Source of the DNA: Antechinus flavipes
Lineage: Eukaryota
NCBI RefSeq assembly: GCF_016432865.1
Contig: NC_067399.1
Span: forward strand, 549,878,001-549,942,000
Length of the DNA: 64,000 nt
Reading direction: 5' to 3'
Every line of letters begins with the position of its first letter. The stretch's first letter is position 1. The notes beneath the pieces are model-generated. The model saw only the letters and a list, made by a program, of their open reading frames with translations, was not told where the DNA came from and searched no databases. The translations under genes were made by a program, and so were the position numbers. Positions 1 to 12,472 of the stretch are shown here, one piece after another.

Positions 1-1375
1 ATTGCTGAAAAGAGTCAAGTCCATCATAGTGAATCTTCTCATAATTTTGTTGTTGCTATGTACAATGTTTTCTTGGTTCTATTCATCTCATGTAGGTCTC
101 TCTAGGCCTTCCTGAAATCATCCTAGTGATCATTTCTTATAGAACAATAATATTTCACAACATTCATATACTGTAACTTATTCAACCATTCCCCAACTGA
201 TGGACATTCACTCAGTTTCCAATTTCTTGTCATTACAAAAAGGACTGCTACAAATCTCTTTGTACATGGGCGTCCTTTTTCCCTTTTTTCTGATTTCTTT
301 GGAATACCGCTAGATGAAAGGATATGTACAGTCTGATAGCCCTTTGGGCATAGTTCCAAACTACTCTCCAGAATGGTTGGTTAGATCAGTTCACAACTCC
401 ACCAATAATGTATAAATATTCCAATTTTTCCACGTCACCTTAGGTTAACTTAGTCAACCTAAGAGGTATGTAGTAGAACTTCAGAGTTGCCTTAACTTCC
501 ATTTCTCTGATGAAGAGTGATATGAATAGAGATAGTTTTAATGTCTTCATCTAAAAATTCTGTTTTAGAAATGAGGCCTTTATTAGAACCTTTAGATATA
601 AAATGATTTTTGCAGTTTCCCCCTTCTCTTCTAATCTTGACTGCATTGATTCCACATTTACAAAACCTTTTTAATTTAATATAATCAAAATTATCTATTT
701 TGTATTTAAGAATATTCTCCAGTTCTTCTTTGGCCATAAATTCCTTCCTTTTCCACAGATCTGAGAGAGAGATTTTCCCTTGTTCTCCTAATCCAAGGGT
801 CCTCAAACTTTTTAAATAGGGGGCCAGTTCACTGTTCCTCCAACTGTCAGAGGGCCAGACTATAGTAAAAACAAAAACTTTGTTTTGTGGGCCTTTAAAT
901 AAAGAAACTTCATAACTCTGGGTGAGGGGGATAAACATCCTCAGCTGCTGCATCTGGCTTGGGCTGTAGTTTGAGGACCCCTGCACCTAATCCATTTATA
1001 GGATCATTTTTTATGTTTAAATCATGAACCCATTTTGACCTAATCTTGAAGGTATAGTATGTTCGGTGTTGGTCAATGTCTAGTTTCTGTCATACTATTT
1101 TCCAATTTTTTCAGCAATTTTTGTTAAATAATGACTCATCCCAGAAGCTGGAATATTCAGGTTTATCAAACACTAGATTATTATAGTCATTGACAATTGT
1201 GTTTCATGAACTTAACCTATTCCACTGATCAACTATTCTGTTTCTTAGCCAATACCAAATGGTTTTGATGACCACAGCTTCATAATTTGATTTTAGATAT
1301 ACAGCTAAACTACCTTTTTAAAAATTCCCTTGAAATTCTTGATTTTTTGTTCTTCCAGTGAACTTCATTATTAAG
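1..1375 (-). mobile_element. L1 LINE 3' portion (ORF2 C-terminal region and 3' end), degraded, interrupted by a hAT MITE
   Basis: Minus-strand ORF 492..986 contains KEELENILKYKIDNFDYIKLKRFC, typical of marsupial L1 ORF2; flanking DNA resembles antisense L1 3' consensus. Confidence 0.9.
794..983 (-). mobile_element. OC1/OposCharlie-type non-autonomous hAT transposon (MITE), copy 1
   Basis: TIRs caagggtcctcaaact...agtttgaggacccctg; about 190 bp; 8-bp direct repeat cctaatcc at 787-794 and 986-993; homologous to 12908-13096. Confidence 0.85.
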
Positions 1376-1439
1376 ACTCTTTTTTAAATATTTACTTTTG
1401 AGTCTTTTGCCTTTCTGATCCTTTACTGTGGATATCTTT

Positions 1440-1760
1440 CAAATTTCTGTCCCCATTTCTTCATCTGAAATTGATCTCCTGAGCTCTAACTGTGCATATC
1501 CAATAGCCTGTAAAACTTGTCTACTTGACCACTATCTCAAAATCAACTTATCCAAAAGAAATCTTATCACCTTTTAAAAAAAATAAAATTTCTCCTTCCC
1601 CCACATTTCAACATTTCTGACGTTACTTTTACTCAATCTTCCATGTTAAAAAAAATTTCTATTGGCTCTTTCTTCTTTCTTACCTCTAATATCAAAACTA
1701 CCAGCTCAGTGTTGAGCATAATGCATGGAACATAATGGGTTCTTAATAAATTCTGGTTGA
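1440..1760 (+). mobile_element. L2 LINE fragments including 3' tail
   Basis: ctcctgagctc...ctcaaaatcaacttatccaaaa and agcataatgcatggaacataatgggttcttaataaat resemble L2 consensus. Confidence 0.65.
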
Positions 1761-1989
1761 CTTAACTACCTATTATTCCACAGAGCTTTATCTTTCTTCA
1801 GCAACTGGTTCAATTCATTTTTTCTTGCGTTATTGAATTGCAGAAAATTATAATATCTTGGATGTACCTTTTTACATTTTATCTTTTCTGTTGACAAACA
1901 AAAAATAGCTTCACTGATAGCTTTTGTAGAAGGCTACTAGCCTCCATGGTCAAGGATCTATCTAGGAGTCCAACATACTGGCCTAAAAC

Positions 1990-2595
1990 AGGGTTAACCA
2001 TGTCTTTTATTGTAGTATGTTTATTTTTTAATACATATTGCTTTATGAATCATGTTGTGAGAGAAAAATCAGAGCAAAAGAGAAAAACCATGGGAGAAAG
2101 GGAAAAAAAAACAGAAAAAAAGATGTGAACATAGCATGTGTTGATTTACGTTCAATCTCTTTAGTTCTTTTTCTGGATACAAATGGTCTTTTTTGTCCAA
2201 AGTCTACTGGGACTTCTTTGGATCACTGAGAAGAACCAAGTCTTTCATAAATGATCATTCCACATTCTTATCATTATGGTGTACAATGTATTCCTGGTTC
2301 TGCTTGTTTTGCTTAGCATCAGTTCATGTAAATCTTTCCAGGCCTTTCTATAGTCAGCTTGTTCATCATTTTTTATAGAACAATATTATTTCATTACCTT
2401 CATGTACAATAACTTTTTCAGCTATTTCTCAATTGATGGCTGTCTGCTCATTTTCCAATTCTTTGCTACCACAAAAAGAGAGGCTACAAACATTTTTTTG
2501 TACATGTGGGTCCTTTTCCCCTCCTTTATAATTTCCTTGGGACACAGACCCAGTAATAACACTGATGGGTGAAAGGTTAACCATATTTTCAGCAC
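1990..2595 (-). mobile_element. L1 3' end (ORF2 tail and 3' UTR), 5' truncated
   Basis: Antisense marsupial L1 3' motifs; minus ORF ...KRTHMYKKMFVASLFVVAKNWK resembles L1 ORF2 end. Confidence 0.85.
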
Positions 2596-4020
2596 TTCCA
2601 TAGGGGTAGATGATGATTTGGTTTCAGTGAGGGAACCTACATCACAAAGTTCCATATAAATTCCAACTGGAGGGCTGGACTTGCCGCAGGTACATTATGG
2701 TCATGATAGGTGTCTTATCACAGGAAACTAGAAGAAAAGGAATAGTATCCACTGGGGAGGAACATGGAAGAATCCCTAGTCTCTTATCCAGTTGGACCTC
2801 TTATAATGTATTTCATGTTTCTGTAGATGGTACAGGATATACTGGCAGCTGGAATCACATTCATGAGAATAGAAGCATTTGGAGCAGCATTCTTCCACTC
2901 CTGGGAGTGGATATAGAAGAACTTCAGCAAAGTGACCTAGAAAGCACCCTTGATAAAAATCTGAACTTAGATGCTAGTTGAAATCAAGGCCAAAAGGCAG
3001 TTGGAAATTTGGCCACAAGTGGTAGAGATGGTAGGAAAGGCCAACAAAGGTATCTCTAGATCTTCTAAATTATACCTGTAATACTGTTCTCCAGGACCTC
3101 ATAGAAAGGTCAATGTTAGCATATGAGATATTGGGTGGATCACTCTTGTAGGTCAGGAGCCTCTCATGGTCTAACATCTGCTACAAAGAGATCAGAAGTC
3201 CCTTGTATTGCCCTCTTCAATGAAGAGTTAATAATGTCTTCAGCATTTCCTAGGGTAGATGGTTTGAAGCAGAGCTCTAGTGAAAGATCCTGCAACAAAG
3301 AATTCATGCATTTGCAGTGTTTCCTGATTCCCAGGATTACCTACTTGATTTACTTAAATGCATGAAACTGATAGCTAATTAAGACATTATATCAAGCACA
3401 CTTATTCCATTCCCCAAATACTGAGGGGATGCCATCCTCTTTGACAGATGTTCTACAGTTTCTTGGGAAATTTGGCTGACTGGTCATCTAGTCAAATGGA
3501 ACTCTGATCTATGACACAGTTCCTGTCCCCATCTGTTTCTACCACATGCCTAATGCATCCTCCTCTTTATTAACTCAACTAGCACCACCAGACACTTGCC
3601 AATGTCCAGGACCAAATGCTCTATGTTTTCCAGGCACTGAATTAGGAAATGTTCTTACTGTTCTTGTCAGTCACAGGTCATTGTCTCACTATAATACATG
3701 ATACACAGAATTCTTTGTCCTGTTATTAGAATTTGGAACTCAGGGCTCCTATTTTTCTCCTAGATTTTGGAAGCTTCTATGTGGTCAATCCAGACTGTGG
3801 AACCTAAATAGCAGTGACATCTCATGCTCTTGAAGATAATGCAAGTTTATTTGAAGAGTAAGTGTCTCATTTTGGTCTGTGTTTGCCTCCTGCAGGATGT
3901 CCTGGTGGATCTGTTCCACCTTTTCCCACCAAGCAAACCAATCCTCAGTATTTGGTGAATGTTTGCTGGACTACACTTAAGTTTTGCCTCTAGAGGCACC
4001 AATATTGTTTCTGTCGGTAC
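2596..4020. other. Unidentified decayed coding-like segment (possible retrocopy or endogenous viral element)
   Basis: Higher GC and codon-like composition than flanks, no recognisable TE motif, stops in all six frames; abuts the truncated L1 at about 2595. Confidence 0.3.
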
Positions 4021-4069
4021 TAATCAGTCATTGTCGAAAGGAATTTAATTAGTTCCTCTCTGTGCAAGG

Positions 4070-4305
4070 AGGACAACTAGATAATAGATACTGGGCCCAG
4101 AATCAGGAAGACTCATCTTCCTGAGTTCAAATCTAGCTTCAGATACTTACTAGCTGTGTGACCCTGCACAAGTCACTTCATGTTGTTTGCCTCAATTTCC
4201 TCACGTGTAAAATGAGCTGGACAAGGAAATGGCAAACCTCTCCAATATCTTTGTCAAAAAAACTCCAAAAGGATTCATGAAGAATCAGACAAAACCTTAA
4301 AAATG
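4070..4305 (+). mobile_element. MAR1-type CORE-SINE
   Basis: caggaagactcatcttcctgagttcaaatctagcttcagatacttactagctgtgtgaccctg core and ggaaatggcaaacc tail. Confidence 0.85.
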
Positions 4306-4339
4306 ACTGACTAGGGATCTCTGATGGCAAGGAAGGGGA

Positions 4340-4498
4340 TCTCAAGTTAGTATCATAGAGAATAGCAATGTGCAAAATTCTTCCACTTGCCCTCAAGAAG
4401 CAGTACTGGGATTAAAGGAGTACTACTTTTGCAGGGCAAGGTGGAAGTTTCTTATATTTCATAATAGAATGAAGAACCCATTGACTGTATCCATACCT
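4340..4498 (+). repeat. Left arm of a 159-bp inverted repeat
   Basis: Reverse complement of 5184-5343 with about 9 differences. Confidence 0.95.
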
Positions 4499-4819
4499 TA
4501 CTTTACTTTACTTGCCCACTTCATGACTTTGAAAGGTGGCTTGGTTCAATTTATGGTGTTTAATGAAGGGGAGGGAGTATGAAGAATGAGGGGAAAAATC
4601 AGAGGTCACATCTCAGGCTCAGCAGATCATACCTCATAGTCATAATGGACTGGGCTGGCAAAGATTGCTCCCCAGCAACAACTTCATCTATTTTCAAAAG
4701 CCTAATCAACTGTCCCCAGGATGGGAAAGGGAAAGGGAAAATCCAAAGAGAGAGACCCCCCCTGACCTGATTCTTAATACACCAAAGTATGTCAACATGG
4801 TATAATGAGCAAAAATTCA

Positions 4820-4985
4820 AAAAGATATGGGTTCAAATCTTGCCTCTGATACTTATGTAATCCTGGAGAGATTACCTAATCTAATGTTAGGAAACTAACA
4901 TTTTGAATTGCAGAGACTGTGAAACCTGCATTGAAAGAAGGAGTTTTCTGATCTGGGAGTATCTTACACAAATAAAAACACAAGT
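4820..4985 (+). mobile_element. MIR/MAR-type SINE fragment
   Basis: gggttcaaatcttgcctctgatactta core. Confidence 0.6.
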
Positions 4986-5183
4986 TTAGTTCCTATCTCT
5001 ATTTTAAATATAGCTCTGTTTCATAGCTCATAAACATAGCTCTGATAAAGAATTAGACTTTGTGAACGATCCCAGAAGGGTATAGAAATAAGCTTTGAAA
5101 GAAATTACTAAAATATCTTTTTGTAAATTCTAGGACTATCTCTTGACCATGAAAGAGAATTTTTGTTCTCTAAAAATGTGAAG

Positions 5184-5343
5184 AGGTATGGATACAGTCA
5201 ATGGGTTCTTCATTCTATTATGAAATATAAGAAACTTCTACTTTGCCCTGCAAAAATAGTACTCCTTTAATCCTAGCACTGCTTCTTGAGGGCAAGTGGA
5301 AGAATTTTGCACACCGCTATTTCTCTATGATTCTAACTTGAGA
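5184..5343 (-). repeat. Right arm of the 159-bp inverted repeat
   Basis: Reverse complement of 4340-4498. Confidence 0.95.
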
Positions 5344-5561
5344 AATTCAGCACAAAGCATATCAGGTCCAACAGGGATGATGGTTTTGTGGGAAATTTGT
5401 CAGCTGCCTGTTCTGATTCTCAGCATTAATTTCCCTGTATTGAAAGGAAAAAGAGTAGAATAAAAATTCACTGCTAGCAGCTGTATTAGGTTGCCAATAA
5501 CTGGTGACTCAATTTATCTTAACTAGAGATTGAATGGCTTTTAAGAAGCTATAGAAGGTAG

Positions 5562-5845
5562 ATGTATATGTGTGTATGTGTACATGTGTATGTATATGTA
5601 TATCTTCCTAAATGCATACACACAGGGATCTCTCTCCTTCTCCCTCTTCTTCTCTTTCTCCTTCTTGCCTTCCCTTTCTTTCCCCCTCTTTCTTTATCTT
5701 ACTCTCCCTTTGTCTCGATTCCTGTCTGTCCCTTCCTCTCTTTCCTCCTCTTTCTCTTCCAGCATCCCTTCCCCTTCCCCTCCCTCCCTCTCTCTTTCCT
5801 TCTCCCTCTCTTTCTCCCTTTCCTTCTCTCTCCTCCTCTCAAATA
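5562..5845. repeat. (TATG/TG)n plus CT-rich low-complexity tract
   Basis: Direct reading; explains the low-complexity ORFs at 5562-5897. Confidence 0.9.
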
Positions 5846-7934
5846 CATAGGAATGTACTATGTTAATACTATGCTGCACTCAAAGAAAATAATCTAGAAT
5901 GAAGAATGTACTGAGGTTCCACTTCTTACACAATCAGTTAAGGAGCTTAATGCATGAGAGAGTTGTTTATTCTGGCCTATCTTTAAATACATAGCACACA
6001 AAGACATTCCTGAAAATAGTCATTATTTTTTCTTCATCTCTTTAATAGCATTAGCACAGTGGTGGCAGATAACAAGCAAGTACTGGGTGTGTGTCACATA
6101 GAGTTTTCCTCTTTTGCAGAGGTGGATTTCACTTTTCTGTTCCTCAAAAACAGATAAATGATACATTTTCACATTTCTTCATGATAACCCCTGGAGACTA
6201 CTCCAAGGCCAAAAGTACAGAGTACTATGTAACTAAGCTGTAAACTCCAACAGGGCCTTCCCAACTATTCTTGGTACTGAGCCCTGCGAATGGTCTGAGG
6301 TGTAAGGAAGGATGTGAGGTCATCAGCAGATGAGGATTTCTGGGTTAAATATATGTCCAAGAGGGTGCCATTGTACATATTTACATCATTAATTTATATT
6401 GGTTTTCATATCCCAGAATAGCAATATACATTATCATCATAATAATGTGTAACTCTCTATATTTCTATAAAAGGTACAATGTAAAAGAAAATACAAAATA
6501 CCAGCAAAGCCATAGTCAATATCCCTGTGATGTTGACACTCTAATAAACGAAATTGTAGACTCCAAAGAAAAAAATAAAGGTCTCAAAATTATGAAGAAG
6601 TTCATTTTAATTCAGCTAAAGTCCCAAAGGATGTATCACTTTCCTTTTTCATCATTAAAACTATCAAAAAAGTTGTTAGTCCTCTGACCAGCTCTAAGAC
6701 CTGCAGTCCTTCAAAGAGGGAAAGTAACCTCTGCATTTCAGACATTCTGTCTACTTGTGTGATCAAAAATAATCAAGCACACACAATACTTATTAGAACT
6801 ACCTAATTCCTGTTTCACCTCTTCACATCACAGCATGTAAATTGTCCTGTCAAATTAAACTACATGCATGAATAGCAAATCAGAGAATTTAAAATTCAAA
6901 ACACAAACATGTCACCATAAATGAATCACTTACATTATAAAATACTTATTCTTTCTGTCAAACATAATATGGAAAGCTGCCCAACTGCACTGCAGACACA
7001 GATAAATTATATCTCAATCCACCCAAGAGGGTTTTATTCTTTAAAAGCTATGAAAATATTGTGCTTTTTCATGTTTTATTTTTGGTAAATTTTTTGAATT
7101 TTAAATTTGGACAAAATGAAAATATTTTATTTGCACTGCAAATTTACTTTCATTTTGATGTCTAAATGATTCTGAATTGCCTAAAGTTATTTCCAAAAGT
7201 CTTTATTTCTTACTTAACATCCTTTCTCCCGGAATTTTCTAAAGCAAACACTAAAACTTTTACATTCTTTGAAACATTATAAAATACTTAGTTTTCAAAA
7301 ATTAACATGGGAAAGAAGTCTGTAAATCATGAATGACAAAATCGAAATAAAAAATATTGATCAAATAATAAAAATGCTATTTTTTTTAGTGCTATGAAAA
7401 CTACTTTTTTTTTTTTACCCTTGATTGACTTCAATTACTATGCTTCACTTCTCCAAAAAGAAATAATGAAAAACCAAGCATTCACACTCAAGAAATGGTT
7501 TTCTTTTTATATACATTTTTGGCTTGAATATAAAAATCTCATATTGTAAACTTATTTGCATTAAAATAATATTTATGCAATTAAAAGACTTTTAGTTAAT
7601 GTTTTCCTAAATCTGAAATTATGATAAGTCTAAGTAATGATACTGTGAGGTCCTACAATTTCTCCTTCTTCTTTCTCAACTCCTTCAAGGATCCTTCCTT
7701 AACAAAATAAATAAATAAATAAAGCCAAAAAAATAAAAACACTCCAAGGCAAACTCAGTTGTGTCCATGATTTGCATAAGATTTAAAAAACAAAATATGA
7801 TCTTAGAATTAATTTTCATTGCTTCTTGCTCAGAACCTAGATATGGCTGTGTAGAAACGTTCGATGTGTGAAGCTATAGCTCTAATACATCATGCAAGTG
7901 TTTCTAAAGATATTGGTTAATGTGGAGGAGGTGA

Positions 7935-7979
7935 AGAGTGAGTGAGAGAGTGAGAGAGAGTGAGAGAGAGAGAGAGAGA
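7935..7979. repeat. (GA)n microsatellite
   Basis: Direct reading. Confidence 0.95.
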
Positions 7980-9270
7980 TCCTAGTATTCCAAAGGTTCC
8001 CAGACCTTTCATCTACCTGCTCTCATGCTATTCCCAAGAGCCTATTTGGGGTTCTCATCCTCCACACTTCTCTACAAACACTGATTTCGTATATGAAAAC
8101 TATATTATAAATGTATATTCACTACAACAGATGACTCCATTTCTATTCTCCTACACGCATTAATTTGCATTAATCCATTAGAGTAAACTAATCGAATGTT
8201 AAATCCATTTAAATCTAAAGTTAATCCATTAGAGAAAGTCCTCTTCCATATTCTTGATACACTAAGCAATCCTAAAGAATTGTAATATTTCACTATCCAA
8301 CCCAATCATATTTATTAAGCAAGAAAGTCTAATATAGGTAGCAATCCTAGTGGTTTTGTTACTGCTGCTTTTCCGGTATAGAAAATTCATCCTTAGCACC
8401 TAAAGCTGATGATTAATAATAGCTGTTTGATTTTAAATAAGTCACTTAAACTGTTTCCTATTCTAATAAACAAAATAAGGGTATTAAACTTCTACTTCTA
8501 CTTTTCAGAATTACTGTGAAGACTATAATCCTTAAAGTGTTATGTAAATGCAAGTTGTAGTTATTGCTGCTGTGATTGTTATTATCAAAACCAAACTTGA
8601 TAAATTAGAATACAGTTTATAATTCCATTGTGAAGATTGTTATTGATAATTACATGGTTACAAAAAGATTCCATGCCTTGACAATAAATGTTAAGTGGAG
8701 AAAAATATTGACTGAGTCAGGAGACATGCTAACGAAGCAAAAAATGAAATTCATACATATTATCACTTATAGGAACAAATTACTCAAATATAAACAAAAT
8801 ATCTTAGTTCAGAAAATACTGATTAAAGTAGACTAGTATAAACAAGGCCATAACATAATTTACAATTTTTCAGGTTAATGACAATAAACATGTTCCATTT
8901 TTAGCAGAAGCACACTTGCACACCCCCCTACACACAAGCACACTTTTATAGTTGTTACTTCTTTCCCTCTGGGCCCCCCCTCCAATTACTGTTAAAATGA
9001 ACCTTTTTATAGTTTTCAGGAGCTAGGTGCAGCTTCACTGAGAAAAGTAATTGCATTGGGGCACCTTTTTTCCCAAAGGTGCAGAGGAACAGCTGTGCTT
9101 CTGTTCAAATATCACCCAAATGGGCCATGTTTTCCCAATTTGTCTGAGATTTGAGTTCTATAAACCAGTTAATCTCAGAGCTTTGAGATAAGCTTTTTTA
9201 TTTTATGAACAGAAGATATACTATTTTTGCACCTGCTAAAAAAGAAGTGAACCCTAGAGGTTTCTTACAA

Positions 9271-9274
<4 letters not shown>

Positions 9275-9316
<42 letters not shown>
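9275..9316. repeat. (TG)n microsatellite
   Basis: Direct reading. Confidence 0.95.
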
Positions 9317-9320
<4 letters not shown>

Positions 9321-9567
9321 CTTGATAATTCATGGCATAATTATCAAGTGTGCCAATTAATCAAAACCTGTGGGTCTTTTTTCTTTGTATTTGGAACTAT
9401 AATTCAGGTGAGACTCCAAACCAAAGTGCTATATTTGTTCTTCTAGATAACTTTCCACTCATCCCACTAAAGCTGAAGAGATTTTTTTTCTGTCAAAGAT
9501 TTCACTTTTTCCTTTTTCATTTATGTTCAATCTTAACCACATGCACACATCCATTTAAAAAAGGTAT

Positions 9568-9709
9568 TTAAATCAGAATGCAAAGGAATCCTGGAATACA
9601 ACACACATTCAGAATAAATAAATAAAAAACAGTTTGACAGTGTCATATTAATCAATTAATCTGACTTGGCTTAAAACAACAAGATCCAATCAGTTGACTA
9701 TAGATCCCA
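9568..9709 (+). repeat. 142-bp direct repeat, copy 1
   Basis: Matches 10598-10739 with 3 substitutions. Confidence 0.95.
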
Positions 9710-10179
9710 ATGTAATTAATGATAGAACTTTTGTTGATATGAAGGACATAAGTGATTACAATGAGGTGTCTTTTGATATGCAGATGGTTTTTGATTTTAT
9801 CGATGTAGGTACTTCTTTCAATGTTACAGATTATTTCCCCTCTATGCTTCCTCGTTCTTTGTGATTCTCACTGATGTTTTCCACAAATATTATATATTAT
9901 GTTGGGGTCTATCCAATGTATTGAGAGCTTCATTTAAATCTCTGCACTGTATCAATATGATACACAGATTTTTACATGACAATCCAACCTCCTTTTCCAG
10001 TCATAATTATTTAGAAATAAATTTCACACTGCTTCTGAGCGACAATTTGTTGTTGGTAAAATGCTGAAGCTTAAGTAAGTCTGCCTTGAATCTCCCCCAA
10101 ACTCCTATTTTGATTCTATATCATGATTTATAAATAACAAAAGTTACATATGTGTATCAAAAACTCTGAAAAGTTCTAC

Positions 10180-10575
10180 AGGTTATGCCTGTTCTCCAAG
10201 AACTAACCCTGCTAATTGTGGAAGAGGTTATCTCTAGTAGAATGGCCATTTGGGGATGAATTCTTTGGTCATGGGAATGCATAAAACAAAGAAGGTTATA
10301 AGAAGTCCCTCAGTCCTCTGTGATTCCTTTCTCCTCCTACATGATAATGGCATAAAATGAGTTGAGAGTGCCAAGAACCATAGTTTTGAGGCCATTTATA
10401 AATATTAACTTGACTTTTGATAATGTACATGTGATAACTTTGTCCAATGACCAAGAAGATGATGTACTACTGGAGGAATTCAATCATATAAATATTAATA
10501 TTCTTGCTATAAAAGAATCCAGACCGTTAAAAGGAAGTTGCAGATAAATGATGGTGATCACATGATCAGAAAATG
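10180..10575 (+). mobile_element. RTE-clade LINE fragment (start of endonuclease domain)
   Basis: ORF 10362..10547 RPFININLTF..TLSNDQ..LLEEFNHININILAIKE resembles the marsupial RTE APE N-terminus. Confidence 0.7.
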
Positions 10576-10597
10576 GTGGGTTTTCTTTCTTTCTTTC

Positions 10598-10739
10598 TTA
10601 AATCAGAATGCAAAGGAATCCTGGAATACAACACACATTCAGAATAAATAAATAAAAAACAGTTTGACAGTCTCATATTATTCAATTAATCTGACTTGGC
10701 TTAAAACAACAAGATCCAATCAGTTGATTATAGATCCCA
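10598..10739 (+). repeat. 142-bp direct repeat, copy 2
   Basis: Matches 9568-9709; follows a (CTTT)n run; TTAA at 10598-10601 and 10740-10743. Confidence 0.95.
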
Positions 10740-11039
10740 TTAAGAAGAGCAAAAGCCATGAAAAATTTCAACAGAAATTTTGAAATAACAGCAATGCCAG
10801 AATCACCTGTAGCTCCCACTGTAATGAAAAGAAATAGGAATCCAGATATGGCTCTTTTCCTGTGGAATTTTCACATATTAGAAATTCAGCCAAATACAGT
10901 GGGTGACTTTACTCGGCCCAAGGGCTTTAGGCAAGAGAAAATAAATGTTATGGTAATGAAAAGGGAAAAGGAATAAGCAGTGTTGAGGTAATGTATGCAA
11001 AAGGGAAAGAATGAGCTATAAATTTTCAGACAAAGTCAA

Positions 11040-11400
11040 AGTATTCAGTGGTTATGATTAATGATATTTATTTATTAAAAGGGAGAGTTTCTAATGAATA
11101 AGAATGAAGTTGGGAGTTAGTAAGTGATGCAAATGACAGAAAGAAAAAAGATTTCAATGAAACATTAAAAATACATAGAAAAGATAAGAAGAAAGGCACT
11201 TGGAGATGAGAGACAAAGTCAGCAGAGAATTTAGGGCAGGATAGATTTGAAATCAACAGCATAGAAATGGAAATTATATCAATGGGAACTGATGAGATCA
11301 TTAAGTGAAGATAAAAGGAGAAGAGAAAGTGACCCAGAACAGAACTTTGTGATACACCTACTATTTTAAAGAGTGTCTCATTCAGGAGAAAGCTAGATTT
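11040..11400 (-). mobile_element. L2 fragment
   Basis: Purine-rich antisense L2 motifs (tgagatcattaagtgaag...agaagagaaagtgacccagaacagaactttg). Confidence 0.6.
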
Positions 11401-11539
11401 CAGTAATGGCTAGAAGATGGAAAGAGTGGGAGAGGAAAATCTTTAGGATGAAAAGAAATTTGTTGTCTATGGACCAGCCATTCCAGAGGGCATCCTGGAA
11501 TGGGCGGCTGGTATTTGGTTTGAACGTTGGGGTGGGGAT

Positions 11540-12003
11540 TGTCAGGATCCCTGTGTATCCCTTGTTTTCTAGGGGTTAAAGTCTGGCAAGTAAGCTGTGC
11601 CCTGAGCTTAGCATAATAATAAACCTTTGTGCTCTCCTTCTGAATGAACTCTGCTGCAACTAAGTCACAAAAAATGGCTCTAGCCAGCCCAGGTAGTCCT
11701 CTACCTCAGACAAACACCTGCAGGAACCACCTTCTGGCATGAAGTCCTGCTATGAATAGACTTTTTGTCACTGGGCAAAATTTGCCTCATTCCTACTAAT
11801 ACCTCCTATCGCTGCAGCTACACCTTACTGCTCAGTTCTTGTCAAGCCACAACTATATGTGTCAATGCTTAACCATGCTACCTTGGGTCTTTTCAGTCCT
11901 AGAGCATGTATGTCTAGTTTCCCTTCTCCAGGGGAATAAAGAAGCCTTTTTGTCTATAACTTTTGTGAATTCTTTAAATTAATTTTCTTTTTCAGACTTG
12001 ACA
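11540..12003 (+). mobile_element. Probable solo LTR (about 464 bp)
   Basis: TGTCA...TGACA termini, AATAAA at 11935-11940, GC-richer interior; no clean TSD. Confidence 0.6.
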
Positions 12004-12089
12004 GATGGCATAAAATTTTTGCTCTACGATTCTTTGGTCAGAGCTGACAGTTATAATAACCTGTATGGCTGTTTGATTTTATTTTATTT

Positions 12090-12330
12090 TTTGGAGTTAA
12101 TCATTGTTGAATCATTTCTGTGGTTCTTTAGTAACTTACTTTCAGAGTGTGACAACAGACTAAAGAGAATGGGAATAAGGAACTGAAAAGTGAGGGAAAG
12201 GGAATAGTATTTGAATGACGACATATAGGTGTTTAGAATCACAGGAATATGTAAAGCACAATTAAGTATATTTATCATTAAGTGGAAGATACCATCATTC
12301 TCAAAGTCAACTGGAGGTGAGTGGAACATG
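12090..12330 (-). mobile_element. L2 fragment
   Basis: Antisense L2 RT-region motifs (gagtgtgacaac...ggaagataccatcattctcaaagtcaactggagg). Confidence 0.55.
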
Positions 12331-12472
12331 AGAAGGAAGACAGCTAGTCAGATACTTATACTTCATTTCACTATTCCTCTGAATAATTATTAAGCAGGAA
12401 ACTGTATAAAAAAAAATTGAAATCAAGCCTGCACAATAAGAGATGGATGTACCATTTCTCATTGACTTTATT

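Noticed and set aside
438-462. Small quasi-palindrome cttaggttaacttagtcaacctaag
   Set aside because: Short, imperfect and inside decayed L1
2596-4020. Specific assignment to bornavirus N/L, filovirus L, rhabdovirus G or RTE RT from short motifs (GSFxxxLL, CGQIS, HVSVD..YTG.W, LQMLLF)
   Set aside because: Motifs are short, spacing is inconsistent and diagnostic residues (e.g. GDNQ, ADD) are absent
5562-5897. Overlapping ORFs of 61-111 aa
   Set aside because: Read-through of TG/CT-rich simple repeats
8105-8305. Minus-strand 66-aa ORF as a host exon
   Set aside because: No recognisable domain; the pattern is better explained by clustered TAAT sites
10598-10743. piggyBac element suggested by flanking TTAA
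   Set aside because: No CCC...GGG termini or TIRs; the interior is a copy of nearby unique DNA
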